Under the pieces are notes generated by a model. That model had not been told where the DNA came from. It searched no databases and saw nothing but the letters and a program-made list of their open reading frames with translations. This document shows, one piece after another, positions 52,065 to 64,000 of a stretch of DNA of 64,000 nt. The stretch spans positions 879,667 to 943,666 of the forward strand of contig JAAOMT010000590.1 in assembly GCA_016748015.1 (NCBI GenBank). The letters run 5' to 3'. The position numbers were made by a program, and so were the translations under genes. This stretch comes from Geosiphon pyriformis uo1 (lineage: Eukaryota > Fungi > Glomeromycota). Numbering within the stretch: the stretch's first letter is position 1; each line of letters opens with the position of its first letter.

Positions 52065-55000
52065 GATATCTTCATTATTATCACTAAACTATCTGAGTTC
52101 CTGCTCCTTGGAAAGATTAAAAAGTGCAATATATGTTTCAGGGTTTGAATTGGAGTTCGAATCATTATTAATTTTGTTGTTATATTGAGCAGAACTGGAA
52201 CTGTTGTTTTTATTATTGTCATTGTTGAAGTTTGAACTGGGATCAAAATCTGATTCTGATATGCAGCTGTTAATTGGTTCTTCCTCCTCTGAGATTGTGT
52301 AGATCATGCATGTTGGTGGATTGTAAATAAGATCACACTTATTACAATATTAAAAGTCACAGAGAATTAAGCAATATTGACATAATTGAATATTCAATTA
52401 CTCTAAATGCTGCTTTTGTTCTTCCCTAGTGGGTGCTAATCATTGGTAATGTTCGTGGAATTCTTTTGGATCATTTTCAATATTACCAAAGACATTAAAG
52501 ATAAGGACATATTTAAGTTCGGACAGTAAGAGTGGTTTATTCTTAATTTCTAATAACTCACTGGTAGTAGCACCTTTTGCTTTCGCACTCACCATTTTTT
52601 AGATTTTATGTTCATTGTGAGGATATCCTTCCAATCATCACAATGCTTTTTTCCAGATGTTGTCAATTGGAGTTTTTTTATGTATCCAGTTGTTTATCAA
52701 GATAATATACTGACATGTCTTGTTACACATTCTTTCTCGTCCAGGAATGTCATTCCATATTTCATCATCAAGCAGAATAGTTTCACATGTAAGACAAGAT
52801 TTGTTATCCCATTTTCTTTGTTTTTTTGGGCATTCAAACTGTTTTATAACACATAGGTAACAATAAAACTTTGTTGCAGTGAAGTATTTCTCATCATTAC
52901 CATAGCATGTACCTATTGACAACAATTTCTTGTTACAATTTACGCATACTAATTTTGGTCAGCAATAGTTAGATGGCAGTAGTGAAGAGTAAGCATATGG
53001 GCTGTAAGTGGTGTTTAGTGTTGGATCTTTTTCTTTTTCTTTCCCTTTTCCCTTATTGTTATCTTCTTTCTACTCCCAAGTTGTTAGTTTGTCTTAATTA
53101 TTGTTGGTTACTCAGACTTGGTCAGCATTCTAGGTAGGTTCTTTCTTTCATTTTCTTTTTCCCTTGTTGTCCCAAGAAAGTATCAGTAATAGCTCATTGT
53201 GATCTTCATCAGTTCAGAATACTTGATAGGCTTCTTAGGTAGGTTTCTCTTTTTCTTCCTCGAATTCTATCAGTAGTGCTGGTGGGTTGTTGGTTTTGAA
53301 GTGACCACACATAACTGGTACTTGCATGTGTTGGCCATTTTGGCTCAGTTGGAGCTCCTGCATCATCCAGTCAAGTATGGTGTTGGTTTTAGATAACCAG
53401 TCATTTCCTACTAATGCTTGATATTGAGTTGCTTTCATCATTAGGATTTTGATAGGAATGATGATGCCATTGACTTCAAAAAAAAAGTCATCAATTTTAC
53501 CAATAAGGGTTTTGGTTGCCCCATCAACAGTGATTATATGAGTGCTGGCAGTGTGATCAACTCAGTGACCTAATTAGTCCATAAGTTGTTTGGTAATAAT
53601 GTTGCCAGTAGATCTACTGTCTAAGATTAGTTTGATGGAGTGTTCATTCACTTTGGCATCAGTGTACATCATGGTTATGGGTTTGGTGTCCAATGTGGCT
53701 CCACTAAATAATGGAACTGAGATCATTTTTTCAAGTTCAAAGGGAAATATGGCAGCAAGAGTTTCATTTTTGGTGCTGGTTGCAGATGAAATATTATTGG
53801 TAAGTGTTAATTATTGGTTGGTTTTTAAATTATTGGGTTGGGTGTTTTCTGGAGTAACCAGAAAACTTAAATAGTGTTGGAAATTTGGGTTTTGGGTGTA
53901 CTTAGTTTCCAAATTTTGAGAATGTAATTTTGTTGATTGGTGAAAGGAGCTGGAGATTGGTTGGTAAACAACTATTGCCAATTTTCAATTTTGAGTGACT
54001 CTTGATCTAGAGTTTCTTAATGTTATTTGAGCTGAGTTTGATGGTAGTGTTTGAACTACAGATGTCTAATAAATTATTTGTGGCTGTGGTGGTTGATATA
54101 TTGCTGGTGGCTGTGGTTAATAAACTAAAAGTTGATATATGGATAGTTGATATATTGGCTGTTGTGTCATTGGCAGATAATTCAGTTGATATGGTGCTGA
54201 ATTGGGTTGGTAATTCAGAGTTGGAAACTGGCAATCAGGATTTCAATATTGATTTCCCAATTGTTGGTTATTTATCTTTAATCTGCAGTCAATTCTCAAA
54301 TATCTTTGTTTACCACAGTAGTGGCAAATATGTGTCTCTTGTGGCCACTGTTGATTGGTCAAGGATAATAGACACGACTGATTCTAGAAATGATTTGTGT
54401 TTTCTTGATTATTGTGTTGTTGTAAAGGTTGATAGATTACCTGATTGTTAGCTAAGTATTCTTCTAATTTTTGGTTTATAAAATCACTGAATTGTTTCAA
54501 CTTAGAATCCAATTCAGATGATTCATTCATTACTAGATTGATGGCTTGAGCATGATTAGTTTTAAGTTCAGCTGTTTCAAAGTCTCTGGCATTTGTAATA
54601 GTGGTTTGAAGATCTGCTAGATGCATTTGACATATGCATTGAAGGATGCTACTGCACAGTCCATGGATAAACTGATTTAGAATCTGAGGCACTGTAAAAT
54701 AGTCAGCTTGAATTGCTTGGATTTGGTGCAAATTCCTGTGGAAACATCTCAAGTAAGTAATAACTGCTTTTGTTTCTTCTTGTTTGATTGTGGTAAAGGT
54801 GTTGGCTAGGCAATTAATACTGTTGTTATTACTGAAATATTTCAAGAATGCAACTTTAAATTCTTAAAATGTTTAAGATTTGATGGCTAAACTTTAATAC
54901 TACAAGTTGGCAGTATTTTGTAAGAAATAAAAGATGGTTTGGAGTGCCCTGGCATTATTTTATCCATTGGCAGTAATGGCTTTTTCCACATCATTCAGCC

Positions 55001-56073
55001 ATACTTGTATGTTGTCCTCTTTTTCTGTGAATTTCTTAAGTTTGACTATTGGGATATAGACTATTGGATCTATGTTTGGTTGTTGTGGTGGTTGAAGTGA
55101 TAATTAAATTTGGGGTTGTGATGGTGGCTGTTGTTGTAGAACAACTAGTGATAAGTTAATGATAATTACTAGAGGTAAGTGTTGTTGATTATTAATATTG
55201 GAGTTTTAATTGTTCTAATTTTGCTGAATTTGAAAATTTGGAGTTTTGATTTCCAAATTTTCTAAATTTTGATCTTGCTAAGTTTAAAAGTTCAGGGTTT
55301 TAATGTCTGGGTTTTCCAGAATCGGGTTCTAATAAGTAAATTCTTGATTTTCAGCTTCTTCTTTTTTCTCCTCTTCTGATTCTGTTATCTTCCAGGAACT
55401 TGTGTTTCTGAAATTTGGTTGACATGGTGATGATTAGAATTTTGATGATGTTGGTGATCACAATTTAAATCTTTTAAAATAATTACCATAGGTTTTTAGT
55501 AATTCTGCTTTCTTTTATTTACTTTAAAATAGAAGTTGTCCAAATGTTAATGTCATATGTAATGTAAACACGTTTACTGAGAAGATATTAATGGCACTTC
55601 TTGGTATATAATAGTATAATGAATTGATTGGTAATTTGACTTGGGTTTTCTTTCAATGAGTGATTGTATCTGTTTTGGTGTTCCTGCTGGTGTTTGCAAT
55701 CTTTCTTTGCCTTTGTTTACATAGGTAATAGGGAATTGTTGTTGGGTGTATCTTTCAATGATTTGATTAATTTCTCTAATAATTGGTGCAAAACTGTAAT
55801 TTCTTGGTAGACTGATATGTTGAAACAATTCTGTATAGAAATTTTCTCTTGTGGATTTGATGTTAACTGTTCTTCCTAAGCAGTCTGTGATTTTATTGTT
55901 GACATAAAAGTTAAAAACTGATTCTGCTTGGAAGTGGTTATTGTTTAATTCTAATTGTTGGCTGTACTATTAAAACAAAGATTTGGCGAATCCTAAATGG
56001 TTTGTCCCTATAATTTCTATTTCTGCCACTTTTGAATGATTTGTTTGTTGGTACTGGTTTTCTGTAGAATTAT

Positions 56074-56091
56074 ACCTCACAGGGAGCACCA
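56074..56091 (-). promoter_or_regulatory. Primer-binding site of element B (best-preserved copy), complementary to a tRNA 3' end ...CCUCACAGGGAGCACCA
   Basis: The minus strand reads TGGTGCTCCCTGTGAGGT, 2 nt after the 5' LTR. The same motif follows the 5' LTRs of A, C and D. Confidence 0.85.
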
Positions 56092-58055
56092 AATGTTACA
56101 GATGATTATTTGGAATCTCAAATCAAATAACAAATCTATAATTTGGTGCTTGATTGATTTATTGGCATTTGATCTAAAGATATTGTTATCTGAAGGTTTT
56201 GGTTAAGTCTTTTGTATAATGAACAGAGATTTAATAGTTGTTTCAGTAGCCTTTTAGAATCGCAATTCTGTCAAATTTTTTTCTCAGCATGGTAACTGAT
56301 AATCCTCTTGGTAAGCTATTCTCAAATCTATAAGTGTTCTACTTTTGTTTTATGGGTCTTTTACTAGTCTCTATGATGTCTGTACTTCAGCACTTAATTC
56401 TTAATCAATTAGTAAAATCAAAGAAATAACAAAAAAGAAATAAAAAAATAAAAGAAAATAAAGAAATGAGGAAAAGCAATTGTAAGTTAGTATCATGTCA
56501 ATAGCTGTAATCAAGAGCTATTGTTCCAGTGTGATTAAGTATCAATTATTATTAACATAAAGTATTGATAGTGGAGAGTGGATTGGAGATAGAGAATAAT
56601 TATTTATTGGATATTTGTGAGTTGGAAGATTGCTTAGATTAAATCTAAACTGGAAGGTCTGTTTTTTCTACTTCTAATGCTACCACTATATATACATAAT
56701 TGAAATTTCTTTAAGAGGAATCCTGGAATTCCATATTTACTACGGCTACTTCTGATTGGCTAATTTATATGTTAATATACTTCCTATATTCTATGAATAA
56801 CAGCAATTAATACTATTATTATTACTAAAATATCTCAAGAATTTAAGTTTAAATTCCTGGAAGATTTGTGGTCTGGCAGTTAAGCTCTGATACTATAAAT
56901 CAGCAGTATCTTGAAAAAAGTACAGAATTGCTTGGAGGGCTCTGTTATTGTCCCAGTTATTTGCCGTAATTGTTTTGTTAATGTTATTAATTCATGCCTA
57001 AGCATTATCTTCTTTGTCAGTAAATCTTTTCAGTTTCACAATTGGTGCAAACACCATGAATTATTGTTGCTGTTGTTGAAGTAATTGTTATTGGAATGGT
57101 CTTTATAGTAGTTGAATTTGCTGATTTGGTTGTTGGGGTAGCTGCTGCAGGGGTTTGGTTATTGGGTCAATCAGTAGCTAATTAATGATTCTTATTAAAG
57201 ATAGGTTTTGCTAATCAATTAATTTAGAGTTTGGATTATTCTAATTTTCCTGAGTTTAAATATTTAGAGTTTTATTTTCTGGATTTTCTGGGATTGGGTT
57301 TTGATAAGTAAATTTCTGATCCACAGCTTCTTCTTTTTCTGATTCTGTTACTTTTTATAAATCAACTGTTCCAAAATCTGGTGGTGGTGGTGGTAATTGA
57401 AATCCTGATGGTATTGGTAATTGTGAATTAAATTCTTTAAAATATTTACCATATGGTCCTAATAAATCTGTTTTTTTTTGTTTACTTTGAAATGGGAGTC
57501 AGCCAAATATTAATGTTGTATTTGATGTAGATGCACTTACTGACATTATGTTAATAGTACTTTCAGGTATATAGTGATAGAATGGGTTGTTTGGTAACTC
57601 AACTCTGGTTTTTTTCCAAGTGGATGGTTGTATCTTCTGGGGTGTTACTGCTGATGTTTGCAGTTTTTCTTTTCCTTTACTGGCATATGTAATTGGGTAT
57701 CTTTGTTGGATGTGATATTCAATTTTTTTATTGATTTCTGTAATAATGGATGTGAAATTGTGGTTTGTTAGTAGACTAGTGTTTTGAATTAATTTGTTGT
57801 AAAAAGTTTCCTTTGCTGACTCAGTATTTACTGATATCTTTAACAGATAGGCAATTTTCTCATTGACATAAAAATTGAAGGCTAATTCTATTAATATGTA
57901 ATTGTGAGTTAATTCCAAATGTTGACAGTAGTATTGAAATAAGAATTTCGTAAATCCTAAATAGTTTGCTTCTATTTTTTCTGATTCTGCCACTTTTGGA
58001 TAGGTGTAGTTGGTGCTAGTTCTCTGTAAAATTATACCTTATAGGGAGCACCAAA

Positions 58056-58910
58056 TATTACAGATAAGTTTTGGGATCTCAAAGCAAATAACAAACCCAT
58101 AACTTGGTGCTCAATTAATCTAAAGTGTTGATTATTGAAGGTGATTTGTATCTGAAGGTTTTGGTTGAGTTCTTTGTATAATGGACAGAGATTCAATAGT
58201 TGTTTTCAGTAGCCTCCCAGAATCACAATTCTGTTAATTTTTTTCTTGGCTTGGTGACCAGCAATTCTCTGATAAGTAATCTGTAATTTTGTATGTGCTC
58301 TACTCACTCACAGAGGTTTTTTACCAGGCAATCCTTGACATCAATAATTCAACACTTAATCCTTAATCAATTTAGTAAACAACAAAAAAAATAACAATAG
58401 AAAATAAAAGAAACAAAAAAAATAAAAGAATAAGCCAAGACAATTTTTCAAATTAGTATCTTGTTAATAGCCATAATCAAGAGCTATTGTTCTAGTGTGG
58501 TTAAGTAAAAATTAGTATCAACATAAAGTGTTGATAGTGGAAAGTGGATTGAGATAATAAATAATTATTTATTAATATTTGTAATATGGAAGATTGTTTA
58601 GATTAAATCTAAACTAAGCAGTCTGTCTTTTCTACTTTTAATTCTACCACTATATATACATAATTAAAATTTCTCAATTTCTCAATTTCTCAATTCTTTA
58701 CACCAAAAATCCTGGAATTCCAAAAATTCTGCAATTTCTCTAAGAGGAATCCTGGAATTCTGAAATCCTGTGATTTCTTATACAAGAATTTTAAAATTCT
58801 TGAAATCCTGCAATTTCACTATAAAAAATCCTGGAATTTCATATTTACTACAACTATTTCTGATTGGCTAAGTTTATATACTAATATATTTTCTATATTT
58901 ATAAGTAACA
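58056..58910 (-). repeat. 5' LTR of element A
   Basis: Homologous to 19355-20884; PBS adjacent; ends in GTAACA followed by TSD ATGT. Confidence 0.92.
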
Positions 58911-59329
58911 ATGTTTGTTTGTTTTTTTTTTTATTATGTTTAATGAGTGAAGTCCAAACACTTTTTGTTTTTAATAAATTCAAAAATATTATTTGTTTAA
59001 AACCAATATAATTAATTTTTTTAATAAGTAAAATATTATATATATATATAATTTTTATAGTAATAAAATATAAAAATCGATATTAATTAGAAGTTTTATT
59101 AAAAAAGTTTGATTTTTTTAACAAAACTTAATTTATTGAAAACTTTTCTAAAGTTATTGCTTTAAATTTAAGTAATAATAAATTAAAAAAAGTAAAAATA
59201 ATTAACTATTTTAAACTAAAAAAGATTATTACTTCCTATAATCAAAAAATAATTAAGAAAGAAAAATTTATACTTTATATTAGTAAAAAAAAAATTAAAA
59301 CTGGCAAAATAACTGTTAGTAAAAAAATT

Positions 59330-59980
59330 AAATTAATTTTAATAAAATTAATTATTATTAATTGCTTAAAAGTTAAAAAATTATATGTTTATAGCAACAA
59401 ATTAATTGATTTAAAAATTAGAAAATTAAAAAACTAAAAAATTTCTTTTTATAATAATTAAATAATAAGAAAATTAAGTTAAATAAATTGAATACCTATT
59501 AAAAAATATATATAAAAATTAGTATTATTAAAACCTAAAATAATAAAATTTTTATGCATAATTATAAAATAACTAAGATTAATATTTTTAATATTGCTAA
59601 TTAAAAAAATAAATTAAAAATTAAAAACTGTGATAAACTTATATTTTTGGTAATTAATAATTATAAATTAGAAAAGTTAATAATTAAAAACAGTTTTAAT
59701 TTAAAATTTATTTTTTTAACATATTAAGATTGAAAAAATAGAATTATTATAACTAACTAAATTAGAAAATTTATATTTTTTAAACAATAAATTAATTTAT
59801 TTAGATTTAATAAAAAATTTTTTAAAATATTTAATTTGTAATAATAATTTTATTAATAAATTATAAGTTAAATATTTAAAAAAATTAGAAAACTTGTATT
59901 GTTTTCATTGTAATTTAAAAATTTTAAACTTAAAAACTTAAAAAGTTTAAAAAAATTATATTGTGCTTATTAATAAAAAG
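59330..59980 (+). pseudogene. Hypermutated leucine-rich-repeat gene relic
   Basis: Residual frames read NCLKVKKLYVYSNKLIDLKI (~59360), KKLENLYCFHCNLKILNL (~59880) and KSLKKLYCAY (~59940), matching the LxxLxC/VxxNxLxxL LRR pattern, among many TAA stops. Confidence 0.5.
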
Positions 59981-62900
59981 AAAAACTTATTAAATTACAT
60001 CTTGAAATTCGAAATTTTTACAAATTTTGAATTTTGCTAAAAACTCTATTTTAGAAGTAATTATTTCTAATAAGCAAAATTTTAATGCTGTTTTTTGCAA
60101 AAAAAAACTTGTTAAATATTTAAACTATTAAAAATTAATCTATTTTAAAACAATTAAATTTAATTAATCAAAATTTTCATCAAGAAATAACAAACTATTA
60201 TACAAGTTTTCAATTAATAATAATAGTGTTAACAATCTAAAAAAAATTTATCTAATAAAAATACTATTGTTTTTAGTTAAAAAATTATATAAAATAATAA
60301 ATAATCTTATTTTATTAAAAAACTAATTTTAAAAAAATTAAAAAATTAAAAAAATAGAAGATATTTTAGTCAATTTTAATGAATATTCACTAAATAATTT
60401 GTAAAAACTAAGTAAAAAAAAATTTATATAGTATTTTCAGTAAATTAAAATATAAGTTATTTGTATTAAAAATTAAAAAACAATTTACTTCTTATAAAGA
60501 AAAAAAAAGATAATTTACCAACTAAATATAATTTTAACTTATTGATTTTAATAAAAAACTAATTATCTATCTTAAATTATTAGCAGAAATAAAAATATAA
60601 AAAAGCAGTTACCAAAAAAGAAAAAAAACCAATTATATAAAATAAAATTACTAATTCAGTTCTTAATAAAAAACAAAAACAAAAACTATATAAAAAATTA
60701 TCTGATCAACAAAGTCTTATTATTAAAAATAAATTGCAATCAATTAATTATTTTCTTTATATTCTAAGGATAAAAATATTGATAATATTAATATTATTAT
60801 ATATTTATTTAGTAAAAAAAATAAAAAAAAATCAGTTTAAAAAATTATAATTAATATCTAAACATAATTAAATAAAAAGTTTTCTAATCAGAAAAATTAA
60901 AAAATAATTAATATTTTAATAAAAAAACTAATTATTAAATAAAAATTGTTTTTAAAATTGCTTATATTAACTTTGTATATTTTATATATTTCTGAGTTTT
61001 TTATAGTTTATATAATAAAACATTGTATTATATATATAATAATATAATTAACTAAATTATTTTAAAGCTTTGTAATAAAGTACTGCATATATTATTGTGT
61101 AATTAACTATATAAAAAGCCTAAAAAATAAGATAAAAAAAAACAAAAACTTTTAAGTAAAATAAAAAAGAATTAGAGAAAAATATTTTAAATTAAAAAAA
61201 TGCATTGCTTAAAAATTAGTTATTGTTATAGATAAAACTTTTAATTATTTAATCATATTTAATCATATGTATTAGTTATTAATATTATTATTAACCATTC
61301 TATTTTTAGAATTAATTATTAATTATTAAATAGGTATTAATTTAATTATTGACTTGATTAGTGATTTTTTTTGAGAATATATAACCAAGATTTTTAATGT
61401 CGTAAAGAAACAAAAAAGACAAAAATTATTACAATGATTCCGATTTTTTTTCACTATTTTTTTTCGTTTTTTTTATTTGTATATTGTTAACTTTTGTGAA
61501 ATATATTGAATAAACATTTACTAAAAAGTACAAATAATTAATATTTAATTTTAAGAGTGTTAATATAAAACATAAACTTATACCAATATGTAATTTTTTG
61601 TTAACAGTATAGATTATATTTTTATTTTTAAATTTTCTTATTACCTTTTTAAAAAAAATAGTAATTAAGATATTTATAAAACTAATTTTATATATTAAAG
61701 TTGAATTTACTCGATTATTTTATTGCTATGTAATAATATTTTTTTTAACATATTATATATAATTATAACAGTTATTAATCCAATAACTTTGAAAATATAT
61801 ATTTAAAAAAAGAATAACAAAGCTAAATAACAATTTTAACCAAAAATTTAAGTTATGAGTTATTATGTTTAGATAATATCAAATGTTTACTTTGTTTGGT
61901 TTTGTTATAGCACACTTTATATAAGAGAATATATTTATAGTCTTTCACATTGATTAAAAAACTTAATATTAAGCAGACACTATATGATAAATTTGTATTA
62001 AAAATAATTTGATATTATCTTTTTAATTATTATAATTGATAATAAAATAATATTTTTATCTTTTTTACAAATTTGTTAATTGGTTAATTTGATTAAATTA
62101 CAATTTTTTATTACATACTAAAATTTTCACAAATTGGTATAATCAATTTTATAAAGTATATTTATAATTCAATTTAATGATTTAATAAATAGTTTTTTTT
62201 TTACTTTGTTACAGCTTAACACACAAAATTATTCTTAAAAGACTTTGGTTTATAAAAGTTATTATTGTTGTTACCAATACTAAAACGAAATAAATCTTAT
62301 TTGCTTACTAAGTTATATTTGTCTAAACTGATATAATCGATCTTAATTTTAATGAATTTAATTTTTGATGACAATGAATTAGATAACTTGGGAAAATAAA
62401 CATAAAATTCAAAAAAGCTTTCTTAAACAAAAAGACAAATATTTATTTCACTTTATTAAAAAACAAACAATTTAAAAAATAGTATTTTTGAAAAAAGTAT
62501 AAATAATCAATTAAATCATTTCATATTTCAGTTTTTTTTAGTATTTATTTATTGCAGTTTTACTAATGAAAAAATTCAAATGATTGCTACTTTTTCTAAT
62601 AGAAGTTTCAACATAAATGTAGTCATGATTCAGTTTAATTAATAATAAATAAAACTTCTTTGGTAAAAAGAATGTTAAAATAATAAAAAGAGTTTCAAAA
62701 TAAGAAATAATTTGGCATTTACTATATAAATTTTTAAAAATATGCAAGAATTTAAATATAGACTAGATGTATTTTTATAAATTTTATTTGGTTTTTCATA
62801 CATTGGGGTTAACAAAAATTCCTATCAACTATAATAGGATAAAAAGTATTTTTGATTTAGTTCATAAATAACATTATTAAGCATATTAAATCAGCTGCTA

Positions 62901-62982
62901 TATTACAACAATTAACTTTTGAAATTTTAACTAGAAACCTAACCACTTAAATCGTTCGTAAATCTGTTTGATTTTCATCCAG

Positions 62983-63931
62983 GCTAATTTATTAAAACGC
63001 TCCCTGTATAATCCTGCTACCTTTCGTGACAAACAGATCAAATATTTTGAATACAATAAATTTTATAGTAAAAAAAGCATGGTGATGAAGCTTCTAGCGT
63101 GTTAGAGAAGACAAATTATACTATAAATGGTATGGATATTATATTTGCATTGAAAAAACTCAAACGAGTCGCAGAACAAGATAAAACAGATATAGAAGAA
63201 TTCATAAAAGAGGTCTGAATGAAAAAAGTTTACATGATTAATAAAGTATTAATTGCTATATTATTTATGCTAAAAAATCCCTAAAAACATTTAGCTGAAA
63301 TTTCTGCAAGATATTGATTTTTTTCCCTATATTCAGAGATTTTGTGGTCTTAGTAAATATATAAAAGGTATTTATTTTCAATGCTCAATGATAAAATTAT
63401 TTTAGCAAATCCTAACTTTACTTTATGATAATGTTTTAGATGATAATATAAAATATATTTTAGTTTTTGAATACGCTAATGGAGGTTCTTTGCGTGATTA
63501 CCTATCATTAGAGTTTGAGAATATGAATGGAAAAGAAAAGCTTCGGATGGCACAGGAATTGGCAAGCAGGGTTCAATGTTTGCATGAAAACCAAATAATT
63601 TATCGAAATCTTGTAGGTTTTGCGCTCACTTTGATATTTCAAAAGTTATTCAAAGATTAAACTCAACCACTAAATTGTTTATTTTTAGAATTCTTCAAAT
63701 ATTTTAGTGCATAATAAAACGGTAAAAATATCCGATATTGGTCTTCCGAAAAATCAAAGTAAAATACTAGGGTTAGCCAATGAGATTAAAGACCAACCTG
63801 CTTACATAGACCCTCAATGTTTTAAAAACGAACAATTCATTCGAAATAAGAAATCAGATATTTATGCTCTCGGCGTCCTCCTATGGGAATTAACAAGTGG
63901 CTGCCCATCATTCAAAAATACTAAAAAGTGA
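62983..63931 (+). pseudogene. Degenerate tyrosine-kinase-like (TKL) protein kinase: pseudokinase or pseudogene
   Basis: Spliced exons give IKYFEYNKF, FALKK, EEFIKE|LKFL, YILVFEYANGGSLRDYL, CLHENQIIYRNL|NSSNILV, VKISDIGL, AYIDPQ and KSDIYALGVLLWELTSG. HRD is changed to YRN, DFG to DIG, the Gly loop is lost, there is a 1-nt frameshift in the A-run at ~63070, and the frame stops at 63931. Confidence 0.8.
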
Positions 63932-64000
63932 ACACTTATACGTAAGGAAATTTTAATTTAGCACATTTCTTTAATAGTTCTACTTATATATAAAACTTCC

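Larger units (their letters stand above)
27988..56802 (-). mobile_element. Ty3/Gypsy LTR retrotransposon B, inserted in the gag of A
   Basis: LTRs at 27988-28833 and 56094-56802; the 5' copy is ~137 bp shorter through a deletion in the U3 repeats. PBS 56074-56091. Flanks GTGA/GCAA are a mutated GCGA TSD, and the A gag reads through when B is removed. Internal pieces: 28834-29341, 38067-39150, 49331-56093. Confidence 0.92.
19355..58910 (-). mobile_element. Ty3/Gypsy LTR retrotransposon A (outermost, decayed), host of the nested elements
   Basis: Matching LTRs at 19355-20884 (interrupted) and 58056-58910, with TGTTAC...GTAACA ends. TSD ATGT at 19351-19354 and 58911-58914. PBS 58036-58053; PPT next to 20885. 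Internal domains at 20885-27987 and 56803-58055 in PR-RT-RH-IN order. Confidence 0.93.

Overview
AT-rich, intron-containing fungal DNA. The expanded TKL-type kinase and the repeat style suggest Glomeromycotina (AM fungi or Geosiphon-like); this is an inference, not a database result. Left part: 5' half of a cytosolic methionyl-tRNA synthetase gene (minus), a very large kinesin-4-like gene (minus; its N-terminus is probably in an assembly gap), microsatellites, an extremely AT-rich block, and a 4-exon orphan gene. From 19355 to 58910 there is one 39.5-kb nest of decayed Ty3/Gypsy LTR retrotransposons, all on the minus strand. Element A (19355-58910) holds a solo LTR inside its 3' LTR and element B (27988-56802) inside its gag. 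B in turn holds C (29342-38066) and D (39151-49330). Every insertion has a recognisable 4-bp target-site duplication. The four elements share an unusual layout: N-terminal extension, gag with CCHC knuckle, protease, a ~230-aa Cys/Trp-rich putative zinc-binding cassette, a complete 5-motif dUTPase, a degenerate dUTPase-like beta domain, RT, RNase H, integrase with GPF module, and a separate conserved ~210-aa ORF in the env position that has no membrane anchor. They also share an elongator-tRNA-Met-like PBS and a covarying LTR hairpin. All copies are riddled with C>T/G>A transitions. Right part: an AT-rich block with a hypermutated LRR-gene relic, then a degenerate TKL-type kinase.
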